Positions 50,049 through 59,070 of a stretch of 64,000 nt of DNA are shown here, in pieces; the stretch's first letter is position 1, and each line of letters starts with the position of its first letter. Source of the DNA: an uncultured bacterium (GTDB lineage: Bacteria > Zhuqueibacterota > QNDG01 > DTFT01); contig CAVTNR010000017.1 in NCBI GenBank assembly GCA_963736115.1, positions 1 through 64,000 on the forward strand, given 5' to 3'. Both the position numbers and the translations under genes were made by a program. The notes beneath the pieces are model-generated. The model made no database searches, was not told where the DNA came from, and saw only the letters and a program-made list of their open reading frames with translations.

Positions 50049-53000
50049 CTACTTCCAGTCGAATATGCCCTCGCTGAACTTCATCCTGAGTACGATGTAG
50101 AGATTGGAATAGCTGTATTCGGAATAGGCGAAATCAGGATCGTCCAGTTTCTTGAAAACATACCCGACGCCCGCGGTCATGTTCTTTTTCAACAGAAAGC
50201 CGATGTCCGCGGCCCCGCCCGTTTTGCTCTGACCCGCGGGGGACAGGGTGACCAGCCGTAAATCAATGCCCGTGCTCCATCGCGGCATCCAGGAGAATTC
50301 CGCGCGGAGCGCATAGAGCGCGGTCGTGGTCCGGCTGGAGAACAAACCGATTTCCTCGTCGAGCAGGCGCCGTAGCGCGAACCGGGCCCCGAACTCCAGC
50401 CGCGGCGCGGGTTCCCAGTAGGCATGGCAAGAGACAATGGCCCGGTCGAGCCGCGTCTTCGGCGCCACGTGCGTGTTTTTGTCCGTGAGAATCTGCATTT
50501 TCGCGATGCCGTTGAACGCGTCGCTGCGCTCCGGCCGGAAAGCCATGCCGACCTGGTATTCGTTTCGGTTCCAGACGTCGCCCGACTTTTTCAGGTATTC
50601 GGCTCCGGTCAGCTCCATCCGTCCGATGGCGCTCAGTCCGGCCATGAGCCGGCTTTCCCCGCCCAGGCTGACCACGCGCTTGCGCAGAATCCTGTCCTGG
50701 CGCATCTCGAATTTTCCCGCGGCTTTCCAGGGCTTGTCGGGCAGGTATTCCAGGGCCACGGAAACGGCGTTGTTCTCCGGGGTGGGCACCTCGAGGGAGT
50801 CGACGGTCGCCACGCTTTCCAGCGCGATGTTGAGCGTCAGGTCGGGACGCACGGCCCACTTGTTCTTCAATCCGATGGATGCGCGGCTCATATCCTCGCC
50901 CGTGACCCCGCCGATTTCGTATTTGCCGGTCACGAGGGTGTTCCTGCCGAAGCGGGAATCGATGCCCAGGAGGGTCTGCGTCCGGCGACCGGCGCCGCTG
51001 AGCAGCCGTTCCTTGGCGAAGAACTGTATCCTCTGGGTCAGGTCCACGCGGATGCCGACGGCCGTTCCGGTGGGCAGGGAGGTCCGGCCCTCGGCCAGGT
51101 TCTGGTCGTGCTCCAGAGTCGTCGAGAGGCGCTTCCACCATCGGTGGCTCAGCTGGGCCTTCAGCATTTTCGAGCGGTAGTCCCGGGAGGACGCGGAATC
51201 GGCTCCGGCGCGGTTCCGCTCCGCGTCTTCGTATCCGAGCTTCGCGGTTGTCGCCTCGCCGAGCGCGTACTCGTAGAACGCGTTGACCACCCGGGTCCGG
51301 TTCTCGTTCACCGTGCCCTGCTCGATCACCTGCCGGTAGGCCTGTGATTGGATGCGTCCGAATTTTCCGAGGCGGAGCGTGTGGTCCATCCCGACCTTTT
51401 CGCTTCCGACCTGGAACGCGCTTCCGGTCAGTGACGGGTTCTCGAAATCCTCGTCCACGCGGCGGTAATAGCCGTTCGACTCGAGTGCCGTGAAGGGCTT
51501 GAGCTTCAATTCGGCGCGAACCGCGCCGCCGTTCCGCTTCTCACCGTCGAAACCGGAGGAGAGACTGCGGGCCGCCTCGCCGCTCAGCGAGATCCGCCTG
51601 CCGATGGGAAGCGAGAGATCCGCGCCCGCGAGCACATAGTTGGAGGGCTTTTTCTCCTCGAAGACCAGGGTCGAACCGAGCCGGATCCCCTTCTTCCAGT
51701 CGCCGTCGTACCGGAGCCCGCCGATCACGTTGCGGGCCGCGCCCCCGCGGTATTCGTACGAGGCGACGATCCAGACCGGATTGCCCCCGGCGTCCTGGCT
51801 CGACACCGGCTGCTTGAACATGAGGGTGCCGTCCACGTAGTTGATATCGTAGTCCTGAAACCGCACCAGTTCGTCTGACGACAGTATCCGCTCGGGATGG
51901 TAGCGGTCGCGCGTCTCGATGCGGACCTTGTCGGTATTGATCGTGATGCGGCCGCCGGACAGGAAATAGAATCCGGATATGCCCTCGCCGCGTATCTCGT
52001 CAAGCCGCATGGTGCGGTCGTTCAGGGTGGAGAAGCCGCTCAGGGACTGGCCCTTCCAGGAGAGGCGGCCGAATACGCCGTTGAACGACCGGTCGTATTT
52101 CGCGAATTCCGCGGTTCGGAACTGGGTGTTGAAGTCGCCCGCTGCGAGAAAGGACTCGTTCCGCTCGATCTTGCCGAAGAACTTCGACTGGGTCTGGGCG
52201 TCCCAGGTCAGGGTGCTGGCGTCTCCGTACAGGGCGTACTGCTTCTCGGGGTCCAGGTCCCGGAACAGCTGGTTCTCCCGCGTCCGCCGGCTGTCGAAGG
52301 ATACCGTGGCCATGTATTTTTTCGCCACCGCGCCCTTCGCGTAAAGGGCCATGCGGCCGCTTACGGGAAGACCGCGCCATTCCCCTTCCTGAGCGGTCCA
52401 GTCGGCCAGCGTGAATTTCGGGAAGCCGGGATCCTTCAGTCCCCACTGCCGGCCGGCCACGGCCGCGTCCGCGGAACCCACCAGGATCAGCGGGCTCAGG
52501 GGCGTGGTGTAACGGACGGGCACGGCGAGGGATGCCTGCCCGACTTGCACGACGGCCTCCTCACGGCCGACGGCCCGGGCCGCGCGGATCCGGAATTCAA
52601 CGCGGTCGTCCGTCACCGGCACCTGGATGCCCGCGGACAGGGAATCCAGATCCGGGTCCGCGACGGACCCTGCGGCGATTCTCACATCCGCGGACTTCAG
52701 GCGGCGGACAGGGAACCCCCATGCGTCCTCCACGCGGATCCGGATGCCGGCTGTCGACTGGCTGTCGGCCGGAAGTTCCACACCCGCACCTTCTAACTTC
52801 AGCGACGCCGGAGCGCCGACGATGTGCACGGCGTGAACGGCTTCGAACATCCGCCCGCCGGCGCCGACGGCGCGGGCGCGCAGTTCCACGGGTCCTTCCG
52901 GAACCGGGATGTTCAGAAAGTCATACCGGCCGTCGATCCGGATTTCCCCGGAATCGGCGGGCGCGCCGTTGACGAAGAGCCACGCCCTGGCGCCCGGTTT

Positions 53001-53147
53001 TCCGGACACGACCACGGCGATGCGCCCCTGCTCCAGGACGCTGTTCTTCTTCGGCGACTTGATGGAGAGCTGTCCGGACGCGGGCACCGCGACCGCCAGA
53101 ACGGCGCACAGCAGCGGCGGGAGCCATTTTCGGTTCAGGTTCTTCAT
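50049..53147 (-). CDS. Large outer-membrane beta-barrel protein with N-terminal Ig-like domains (DUF11-operon associated)
   Basis: Signal peptide; YALYGDAS, GDFNT, DYDINYVDGTLMF; long amphipathic beta-strand C-half ending in aromatic-rich YIVLRMKF...FDWK. Confidence 0.8.
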   Translation of the reverse strand: MKNLNRKWLPPLLCAVLAVAVPASGQLSIKSPKKNSVLEQGRIAVVVSGKPGARAWLFVNGAPADSGEIRIDGRYDFLNIPVPEGPVELRARAVGAGGRMFEAVHAVHIVGAPASLKLEGAGVELPADSQSTAGIRIRVEDAWGFPVRRLKSADVRIAAGSVADPDLDSLSAGIQVPVTDDRVEFRIRAARAVGREEAVVQVGQASLAVPVRYTTPLSPLILVGSADAAVAGRQWGLKDPGFPKFTLADWTAQEGEWRGLPVSGRMALYAKGAVAKKYMATVSFDSRRTRENQLFRDLDPEKQYALYGDASTLTWDAQTQSKFFGKIERNESFLAAGDFNTQFRTAEFAKYDRSFNGVFGRLSWKGQSLSGFSTLNDRTMRLDEIRGEGISGFYFLSGGRITINTDKVRIETRDRYHPERILSSDELVRFQDYDINYVDGTLMFKQPVSSQDAGGNPVWIVASYEYRGGAARNVIGGLRYDGDWKKGIRLGSTLVFEEKKPSNYVLAGADLSLPIGRRISLSGEAARSLSSGFDGEKRNGGAVRAELKLKPFTALESNGYYRRVDEDFENPSLTGSAFQVGSEKVGMDHTLRLGKFGRIQSQAYRQVIEQGTVNENRTRVVNAFYEYALGEATTAKLGYEDAERNRAGADSASSRDYRSKMLKAQLSHRWWKRLSTTLEHDQNLAEGRTSLPTGTAVGIRVDLTQRIQFFAKERLLSGAGRRTQTLLGIDSRFGRNTLVTGKYEIGGVTGEDMSRASIGLKNKWAVRPDLTLNIALESVATVDSLEVPTPENNAVSVALEYLPDKPWKAAGKFEMRQDRILRKRVVSLGGESRLMAGLSAIGRMELTGAEYLKKSGDVWNRNEYQVGMAFRPERSDAFNGIAKMQILTDKNTHVAPKTRLDRAIVSCHAYWEPAPRLEFGARFALRRLLDEEIGLFSSRTTTALYALRAEFSWMPRWSTGIDLRLVTLSPAGQSKTGGAADIGFLLKKNMTAGVGYVFKKLDDPDFAYSEYSYSNLYIVLRMKFSEGIFDWK

Positions 53148-53154
53148 GCCCGGT

Positions 53155-56100
53155 TCACCTGCTCTTCTCAATCGTGAAATTCGCCTTGGCCATTCCGCCC
53201 GGCGGAACCAGGACGAGGCGCGATTTCGGGTCGTCGAGGAAACCGAAGTCCGACACGGTGACCCGCGTCCCCTCCGGAAGCGTCTTCTCGTTCAGCCGGA
53301 CGACGTGCTGGCCCTCCCCGACGTCCGGTATGGAATACTTGCCGAAGGTGTCGGTGCGGACGCGCGTTCCGTCCTCGAGGATCAGCTCGATGTTGCCGAT
53401 TCCGGGTTCCCCGCGGTCATGGGACGCGTTTCCGTCCAGGTCCTCGTACACCTTGCCGATGATCAGGCCGCGCTCGTCGAACGCGCCTCCGGACACGAGC
53501 ACAGCGGCGCTGGCCTCGGGAGAAACCACGAGAACGCCGCCCGCGGTCGAGGCCGTGGCCGTCGCGAGATTCTTCAGCTCCCCGCGGCCCGCGGAGAGTC
53601 CGATCCGGACACGGTATTTGATCTGCACGCTTCCTGCCGGCGGAACGGCGCGCCGGATCGTCCACGTCATCAGGGGCCGGCCGCCGGATTCCGTGACGGA
53701 TGGATCCGGTCCCGGAATCGAGTCGATCCGGGTCGTGCCGGGTTCGTACCGGAAGCCCTTGGGAAGACGGTCGAACACCATGACGGAGACCAGGGAGTCG
53801 TCCGCGCTCTGGTTCAGGCAGGTGACGGTGTAGGTCAGGACGTCGCCGCCCTGGGCCGTTTTCCGGTTCACGGTCTTGTGGACGTCCAGGAAAGACCGGA
53901 CGAGCCGCGTCCGGGCTTGGGTGCGGGAATGGTCCGCGCTTAGGGCGGTGTCGCCGTCGCAGATGATGCGCGCCGTGTTCTCGATCTCCAGGACTCCGGG
54001 CGCCAGGCCGGGCCGGACCACGGTTTTCAGGACGATCGAGTCCGGACGGCCCGCGGCGAGGCCGGACTGGACGAATTCCAGGAGGTTCGTCACCGGATCG
54101 TAGGAAACCAGCCTGGCGGAGGGTTTCAACAGCACCGATTCGGGAACCAGCGCGAGTTCGGGGGGCAAAAAGTCCGTGATCCGGACATCGCCCGTCACGT
54201 CCCGGTCGGGCACGCCGAAACGAAGAACATAGGAGAGAGTGTCACCGGAAACCGCGGTGGTTTTATCCACGGTTTTCGACAGCCAGAGGCCGTTCCCGGG
54301 CAGCAGGGTGATTGCCGCGTCCGTCACACGGATCGCGCCTGTGGAGTGCACGCAGGTCAGCCAGGCGATGTTGTCCACCCGGGTGCGCGAACCCAGCCTT
54401 TCCGTGACGCGGACGTCCAGGAACACCGTGTCCCGGTCCCCCGGAACCAGGTCGGGAAGCCGCCAGATCACGGCGCCGGTCGAACCGGACCCCGTGCCGG
54501 CCCCTGTTTTGGGCGCGGCCGTCACGGTGCGTGCCGACGCGTCGAACGTCCAGTCGGCCGTGGCGCCGATGAATTCGAGATACTCCGGCAGGGTGTCGGT
54601 CAAAACCGGATTGAACGCGGGGATGTCTCCGATGTTCGTGGACACCAGACGGTACCGGATCGTGTCGCCGATGAAGGTGGTGCGGGGTCCTGTGATCTCC
54701 AGGGCCAGCACCGGAGGCGAAATCACGGTGATGCCCCAGCGGGAACTGTCCTGGGCGCCGGCCGAGGAAACCGCCCAGACCCGGTTGTCGATGAAGGTGC
54801 TGTCCGGCACCGGCCTGGGGACGGTCACGGTGAGACGGAGCGTGTCGTGGAATCCCGGAGAGAGGTTCCGCAAAGTCCAGGTCACGATGCTGTCCCGGCA
54901 GGTGCCGCCGTGCGTCGCGGACATGAATTTCAGTCTCGGGTTCAGGGTGTCGAGAACCGTGACGGTCGTGGACTGGGCGGGAACGCCGTTCGACAGGATC
55001 AGGTCATAGGTCAGCGTGTCGCCGGCCCACCAGGTCCGTTTTGCCGCCTGCTTGATGATTTCAATGCCGGATCCGGTGTTCCGGAAGGCCGAGGCCGCGG
55101 AAGCGAGGACAGGCCCGGTCTCAACGGAGGTGAATCGGGCCGTGTTCCGTATCGTGTCCCCGGACACGGTCGCGGAAACCCGGGCCCGCAGTCGGAACTC
55201 GCGGCTCGTCCGGTAATCCAGAGAACCGATTGTCCATGTCAGGACGCCGCCGGATGTGTCCGCGGCCGGATCGGACGAGATCAGGTCCAGGCCCGCGGGC
55301 AGGATGTCGGAAACGGTCACGGAATTGAGGACTTCCGTGCCCGTGTTCGACGCGGTCATCAGGTACTCGAGCGTGTCTCCCGGGGCGCATTCGGAAGCGC
55401 CTGCGCGTTTTTCGAAGAGAATGCCCGGTTTCGAGGAAACGCGGATTTCCCAGGCCGAGCTGTCCCGCACGCCGAAGGCCGCGCGGGCCCAGGCTTCGTT
55501 CCGGATGCGCGTCCCGTCCCGGACGGGGACCGTGATTCCGGCCATGAGCTTCAGCGTGTCGCCGAAATCCGGCTCGAGACCGGAAAATTGCCAGGTGACG
55601 ATGCTGTCGGCGCAGACACCGCCGTGGGAGGCGTGGATGAAAGCCAGCCCTGGCGGCAGGGTGTCGGTCAAAGTAACATCGACCAGCGGCCGGACGCCTG
55701 AGCCCCTCAGGACCAGGCTGTAGGCGATCGTGTCGCCCGCTGCATAGGCGGTGTCACGCGCAAGCTTGACCAGCTCGATTCCGGCGCCGGGTCCGAGCGA
55801 GACCGCGGCGGCTGAGGCTGTGTCTGAATCGGCCTCGGAGGAGACGAGGACGGCGCGGTTCAAGAGCGTGTCGCCGGCCGCGCCGGATAGGGCGCGGGCC
55901 AGAAGGGTCAGGCGGGCCTGCCCGTCTTTGGGGAGAAGGTCGACCGTCCAGGAGACGACGGATCCGTCGACTTCCACGGTCCGGTCGGATGAAAGGAATG
56001 TCAGCCCTTCGGGCAATGTGTCGCGGACCGCCACATGGGTCAGGTCCGTGACACCGGTGTTGCGGGCCGTCAGGGCATAGGCGAGCGTGTCGCCCGCGTA

Positions 56101-56688
56101 GAAGCGCCGAGGCGAAACGGTTTTCGAAAGTTCCGCCTCGGACCACGGCAACCAGCGGACAGGAACGGGCGCCGACCGGCCGGCCGGCGTCCCGTCCGCC
56201 GAATAGGATACGCGGTTGACAATGGTTTCGGAGTAGTTGGATTTCAGAACCCTGCAATGGAGCCGGAGGGTGACGGACGCGCCGGGATCAATCGAGGGAA
56301 GAATCCACTCGACCGCATTTCCCCGGACCGTGCCCGAAGGAACGGATGAAACGAGGGAGAGCATGACGGGAAGCGAGTCCGTGATCGTGACCCGGGTCAG
56401 GCGGGCGGTTCCCGCGTTCCTCGCCGTGATTTCATACGCGAGGGTGTCGCCAGCGGACACGGACGTGCGGGAGGCGGTCTTCACCACCTCCAGCACGCCG
56501 GCCCTGACTTCGGTCACGACCGTGTCGGTCGGCAGGGTGACCACCGTGCCGGCGCCGCCGTCATACGACACATAGGCCGTATTCACGATGGCGGCGCCGG
56601 CCGGGGCCTGTGCCGCCCATGCCGAACCGGTCAGGATCGCTGTGAACAATCCGGACAGTAAGGAAAATTTACTGTTCTGCCGCTTCAT
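53155..56688 (-). CDS. Secreted protein with 8 DUF11 (TIGR01451) repeats and C-terminal SdrD-B-like domain; putative pilus base
   Basis: Repeats K...GDTLxY...N...DxLP...IxNxA; N-terminal orphan strand APAGAAIVNTAYVSY; IGKVYEDLDGN tail. Confidence 0.85.
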   Translation of the reverse strand: MKRQNSKFSLLSGLFTAILTGSAWAAQAPAGAAIVNTAYVSYDGGAGTVVTLPTDTVVTEVRAGVLEVVKTASRTSVSAGDTLAYEITARNAGTARLTRVTITDSLPVMLSLVSSVPSGTVRGNAVEWILPSIDPGASVTLRLHCRVLKSNYSETIVNRVSYSADGTPAGRSAPVPVRWLPWSEAELSKTVSPRRFYAGDTLAYALTARNTGVTDLTHVAVRDTLPEGLTFLSSDRTVEVDGSVVSWTVDLLPKDGQARLTLLARALSGAAGDTLLNRAVLVSSEADSDTASAAAVSLGPGAGIELVKLARDTAYAAGDTIAYSLVLRGSGVRPLVDVTLTDTLPPGLAFIHASHGGVCADSIVTWQFSGLEPDFGDTLKLMAGITVPVRDGTRIRNEAWARAAFGVRDSSAWEIRVSSKPGILFEKRAGASECAPGDTLEYLMTASNTGTEVLNSVTVSDILPAGLDLISSDPAADTSGGVLTWTIGSLDYRTSREFRLRARVSATVSGDTIRNTARFTSVETGPVLASAASAFRNTGSGIEIIKQAAKRTWWAGDTLTYDLILSNGVPAQSTTVTVLDTLNPRLKFMSATHGGTCRDSIVTWTLRNLSPGFHDTLRLTVTVPRPVPDSTFIDNRVWAVSSAGAQDSSRWGITVISPPVLALEITGPRTTFIGDTIRYRLVSTNIGDIPAFNPVLTDTLPEYLEFIGATADWTFDASARTVTAAPKTGAGTGSGSTGAVIWRLPDLVPGDRDTVFLDVRVTERLGSRTRVDNIAWLTCVHSTGAIRVTDAAITLLPGNGLWLSKTVDKTTAVSGDTLSYVLRFGVPDRDVTGDVRITDFLPPELALVPESVLLKPSARLVSYDPVTNLLEFVQSGLAAGRPDSIVLKTVVRPGLAPGVLEIENTARIICDGDTALSADHSRTQARTRLVRSFLDVHKTVNRKTAQGGDVLTYTVTCLNQSADDSLVSVMVFDRLPKGFRYEPGTTRIDSIPGPDPSVTESGGRPLMTWTIRRAVPPAGSVQIKYRVRIGLSAGRGELKNLATATASTAGGVLVVSPEASAAVLVSGGAFDERGLIIGKVYEDLDGNASHDRGEPGIGNIELILEDGTRVRTDTFGKYSIPDVGEGQHVVRLNEKTLPEGTRVTVSDFGFLDDPKSRLVLVPPGGMAKANFTIEKSR

Positions 56689-56699
56689 ATCTCCCGGTG

Positions 56700-56719
56700 A
56701 CCGTCCCGTTGGGGACGGT
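56700..56719 (-). terminator. Hairpin immediately after putative major subunit gene, no U-tract
   Basis: accgtccc-gttg-gggacggt. Confidence 0.5.
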
Positions 56720-58380
56720 TAATCGATGACCACCTGGAACGAAACCGTCACCGAAGCGCCGGCTGCAACCGTTCCCACTCCGAAAACCGCAGTCGTGCCG
56801 TCGCACTCGCTTTCATCGGTCGGAGAGTCGGAGGCGTCGGTTGGATTCGCGGCGCCGACATACAGAGTTCCGGACTGATAGGTGGTGTTCGCCGGAACAG
56901 CGTCCTTGACAACGACATTGGTCGCGTCTCCGGACCCGCTGTTGGTGATCGTGACCGAATAGGTCAGCGTGGCTCCCGGGGGTTGGTCGCCGGCGGGGGA
57001 CACTTCCTTGTCGAGGCTGAGGACGGGAGCCGTCACCGTGGTGGTGGCGGTCTCGTCGCTGGTGGCCGAGTTGTCGTCCGATGTGGCGCGGAACACGGAA
57101 GCGTCCACGGTGGCGTCCGCCGTCCCCGCGGGTATGGTCGCGACCGCCCACATGGCCTGGGAGCCGCCCGATGCAATCGAACCGGTGTTCGTGGCGGCTA
57201 CGTCGCCGGCGTCGAAAATGCCGTTGTCGTTGGCGTCGATGTAAAACGTCCATGACCAGGTCTGGGTGCTCGACACGTTGGAGAGCGTGTAGCTGTCCGC
57301 CCCGTTTCCGCTGTTGTTCACCGTGATCAGGTAGCGGACCACGTCTCCGGGATCGCCGCTCTGGGAGGCCGGAGCGATGTCGGTCGAGAAACCGTAGGTT
57401 TCGTTCACGGTCACGCGTCGGCCGTTGGTGTTGTTCGCGACCGCGACGACCTGCGTGTACGGCTGGGTGGCGCTGTCGTTGTAGTCAAGCGTGATCTGGT
57501 TGTCGATGGTGGTTCCGGCGGCCAGGGGCGAGTTCACCTGCACCTGGTAGGTGATGGTGCCGGATCCGCCCGCGGTCACGTTGCCGACGGACACCGGAAC
57601 GCCTGAGCCCGTGCCCGTGGGCGTACCGTTGAGCGTCACGTTGCCCACCCACGCGCAGTTGGCAGGCACCGGAAGGGCGACGGATACGCCGTAGGCCGTC
57701 TCGGAGTTGGTGTCGTTGCTGTTGCCGTAGGTGACCGTGTAGGTGATGACGTCGCCCGGATCCTTGGCAACGGCGTCCGGAGAAAGGCCGGCGGTCATCA
57801 GGGCGGCCTGGACGGTGGTGGTCAGAACCGAATTGTCGGTCGCGGCGCCGCTGCCCTGCGACGTTGCGGTCACGGTGGTCACGTACTGTTCACCCTGGGT
57901 GCCGTCCGCGTCGGAAACGACCACAACAAGATAATAAACGGAGTCTGCGGCAAGAGCGGACGTCGCGGACACGACTGATTCGCCTGCGTCATAAACTCCG
58001 TCCCGGTCCGTGTCCTCGTAAATGGTGACCGTGTGGCCGGAGCCGGTTGTGAGCTGGGACAGATCGAACGTGTCCGTCCCGTTCCCGGTGTTCTCGACGG
58101 TCAGGGCATAGGTCACGCTCTGGTTGCGCGGCAGGTTCTTGGACTGCGTGGACTCGATATCCACGCCGAAGGCCTGCGCGACCGTGGTCGACACTTCATC
58201 GGACTCGATTCGTGTCGCGGGGTCGTCGACGTCGGCGATGACATTGCCGTTTGCGTCGCTGTAGCCGCCGTAGGCCCGGTTGGTGATGACCGTTCCGGCA
58301 GGCGTGCCCGCCGCGAACGTCTGCGCCGCGAGGCCGAAGGCCAGCAGCACAGTCATTGCGAATGACATCTTCCTGTTCAT
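56719..58380 (-). CDS. Secreted DUF11/Ig-repeat protein; putative major pilin
   Basis: RBS AAGGAG; signal ending QTFA; mature N-terminus AGTPAGTVITNRAYGGY; C-terminal DUF11 truncated at VSFQVVID. Confidence 0.85.
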   Translation of the reverse strand: MNRKMSFAMTVLLAFGLAAQTFAAGTPAGTVITNRAYGGYSDANGNVIADVDDPATRIESDEVSTTVAQAFGVDIESTQSKNLPRNQSVTYALTVENTGNGTDTFDLSQLTTGSGHTVTIYEDTDRDGVYDAGESVVSATSALAADSVYYLVVVVSDADGTQGEQYVTTVTATSQGSGAATDNSVLTTTVQAALMTAGLSPDAVAKDPGDVITYTVTYGNSNDTNSETAYGVSVALPVPANCAWVGNVTLNGTPTGTGSGVPVSVGNVTAGGSGTITYQVQVNSPLAAGTTIDNQITLDYNDSATQPYTQVVAVANNTNGRRVTVNETYGFSTDIAPASQSGDPGDVVRYLITVNNSGNGADSYTLSNVSSTQTWSWTFYIDANDNGIFDAGDVAATNTGSIASGGSQAMWAVATIPAGTADATVDASVFRATSDDNSATSDETATTTVTAPVLSLDKEVSPAGDQPPGATLTYSVTITNSGSGDATNVVVKDAVPANTTYQSGTLYVGAANPTDASDSPTDESECDGTTAVFGVGTVAAGASVTVSFQVVID

Positions 58381-58561
58381 TGCTGTTGCTCCTTGTCTTG
58401 GTTTTTTAACAGTTTCGATTGCCGTTGATGACACAGTTCCGGTCTTCGTCCGGCGCTACGGAGGGCCGTGATTGGCGGATCCTCCCCGATAGTCGAGGGA
58501 TCTCATACAGATACCTCCTTTTCTTTTTTTTTGTTTATACTTTATTAATTTAAATATCGCA

Positions 58562-59044
58562 TTATTCCACAACCGCGCGGAAGGACAGGGTCTTCCGCCC
58601 CCCAGGCGCCAGAGTGTCTTTCAGGATCCACTTGATGTGCGTAACCTCTTCATTTCTGGCCGGCCGTTCGATTTTCACGCCATTGACGTTGGTGGCCGTT
58701 ACCATCACGGGCCATACCGAGTAGACCATCCCCTTGTTGACCGAGAACACGATTCTGCAGTTGTCGCCTCTGGCCGAGTCGACGATGTAACGGACACCCT
58801 CCGGAACGGGATCCACGACCTCGGGCTGGGTCATGACCCCTGTCCCCGCGTTCCCGGCGAGAATGACGTATTCAATGGTATCGCCGGGCGCATAGGACAC
58901 CGGCGTTTTGCCGGATATTTCGTCCGCGGTCATGTTGATTTTCCGCTCGGAGACGTCCAGCTGCAGCTTCGGCTTCCCCTGGGCGAACGCCTGGAGGGCG
59001 GTCAGGGCCAGTCCGAGAGACAGGATGATGCGGATGCGTTTCAT
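58562..59044 (-). CDS. Small secreted single DUF11-like domain protein; putative chaperone or cap
   Basis: Signal ending QAFA; PGDTIEY...N...DPVP...VTHIKW...LAPG...LSFRAVVE stop. Confidence 0.8.
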   Translation of the reverse strand: MKRIRIILSLGLALTALQAFAQGKPKLQLDVSERKINMTADEISGKTPVSYAPGDTIEYVILAGNAGTGVMTQPEVVDPVPEGVRYIVDSARGDNCRIVFSVNKGMVYSVWPVMVTATNVNGVKIERPARNEEVTHIKWILKDTLAPGGRKTLSFRAVVE

Positions 59045-59070
59045 GGTGTTTCCCCCTTCGTGGATGGTGG

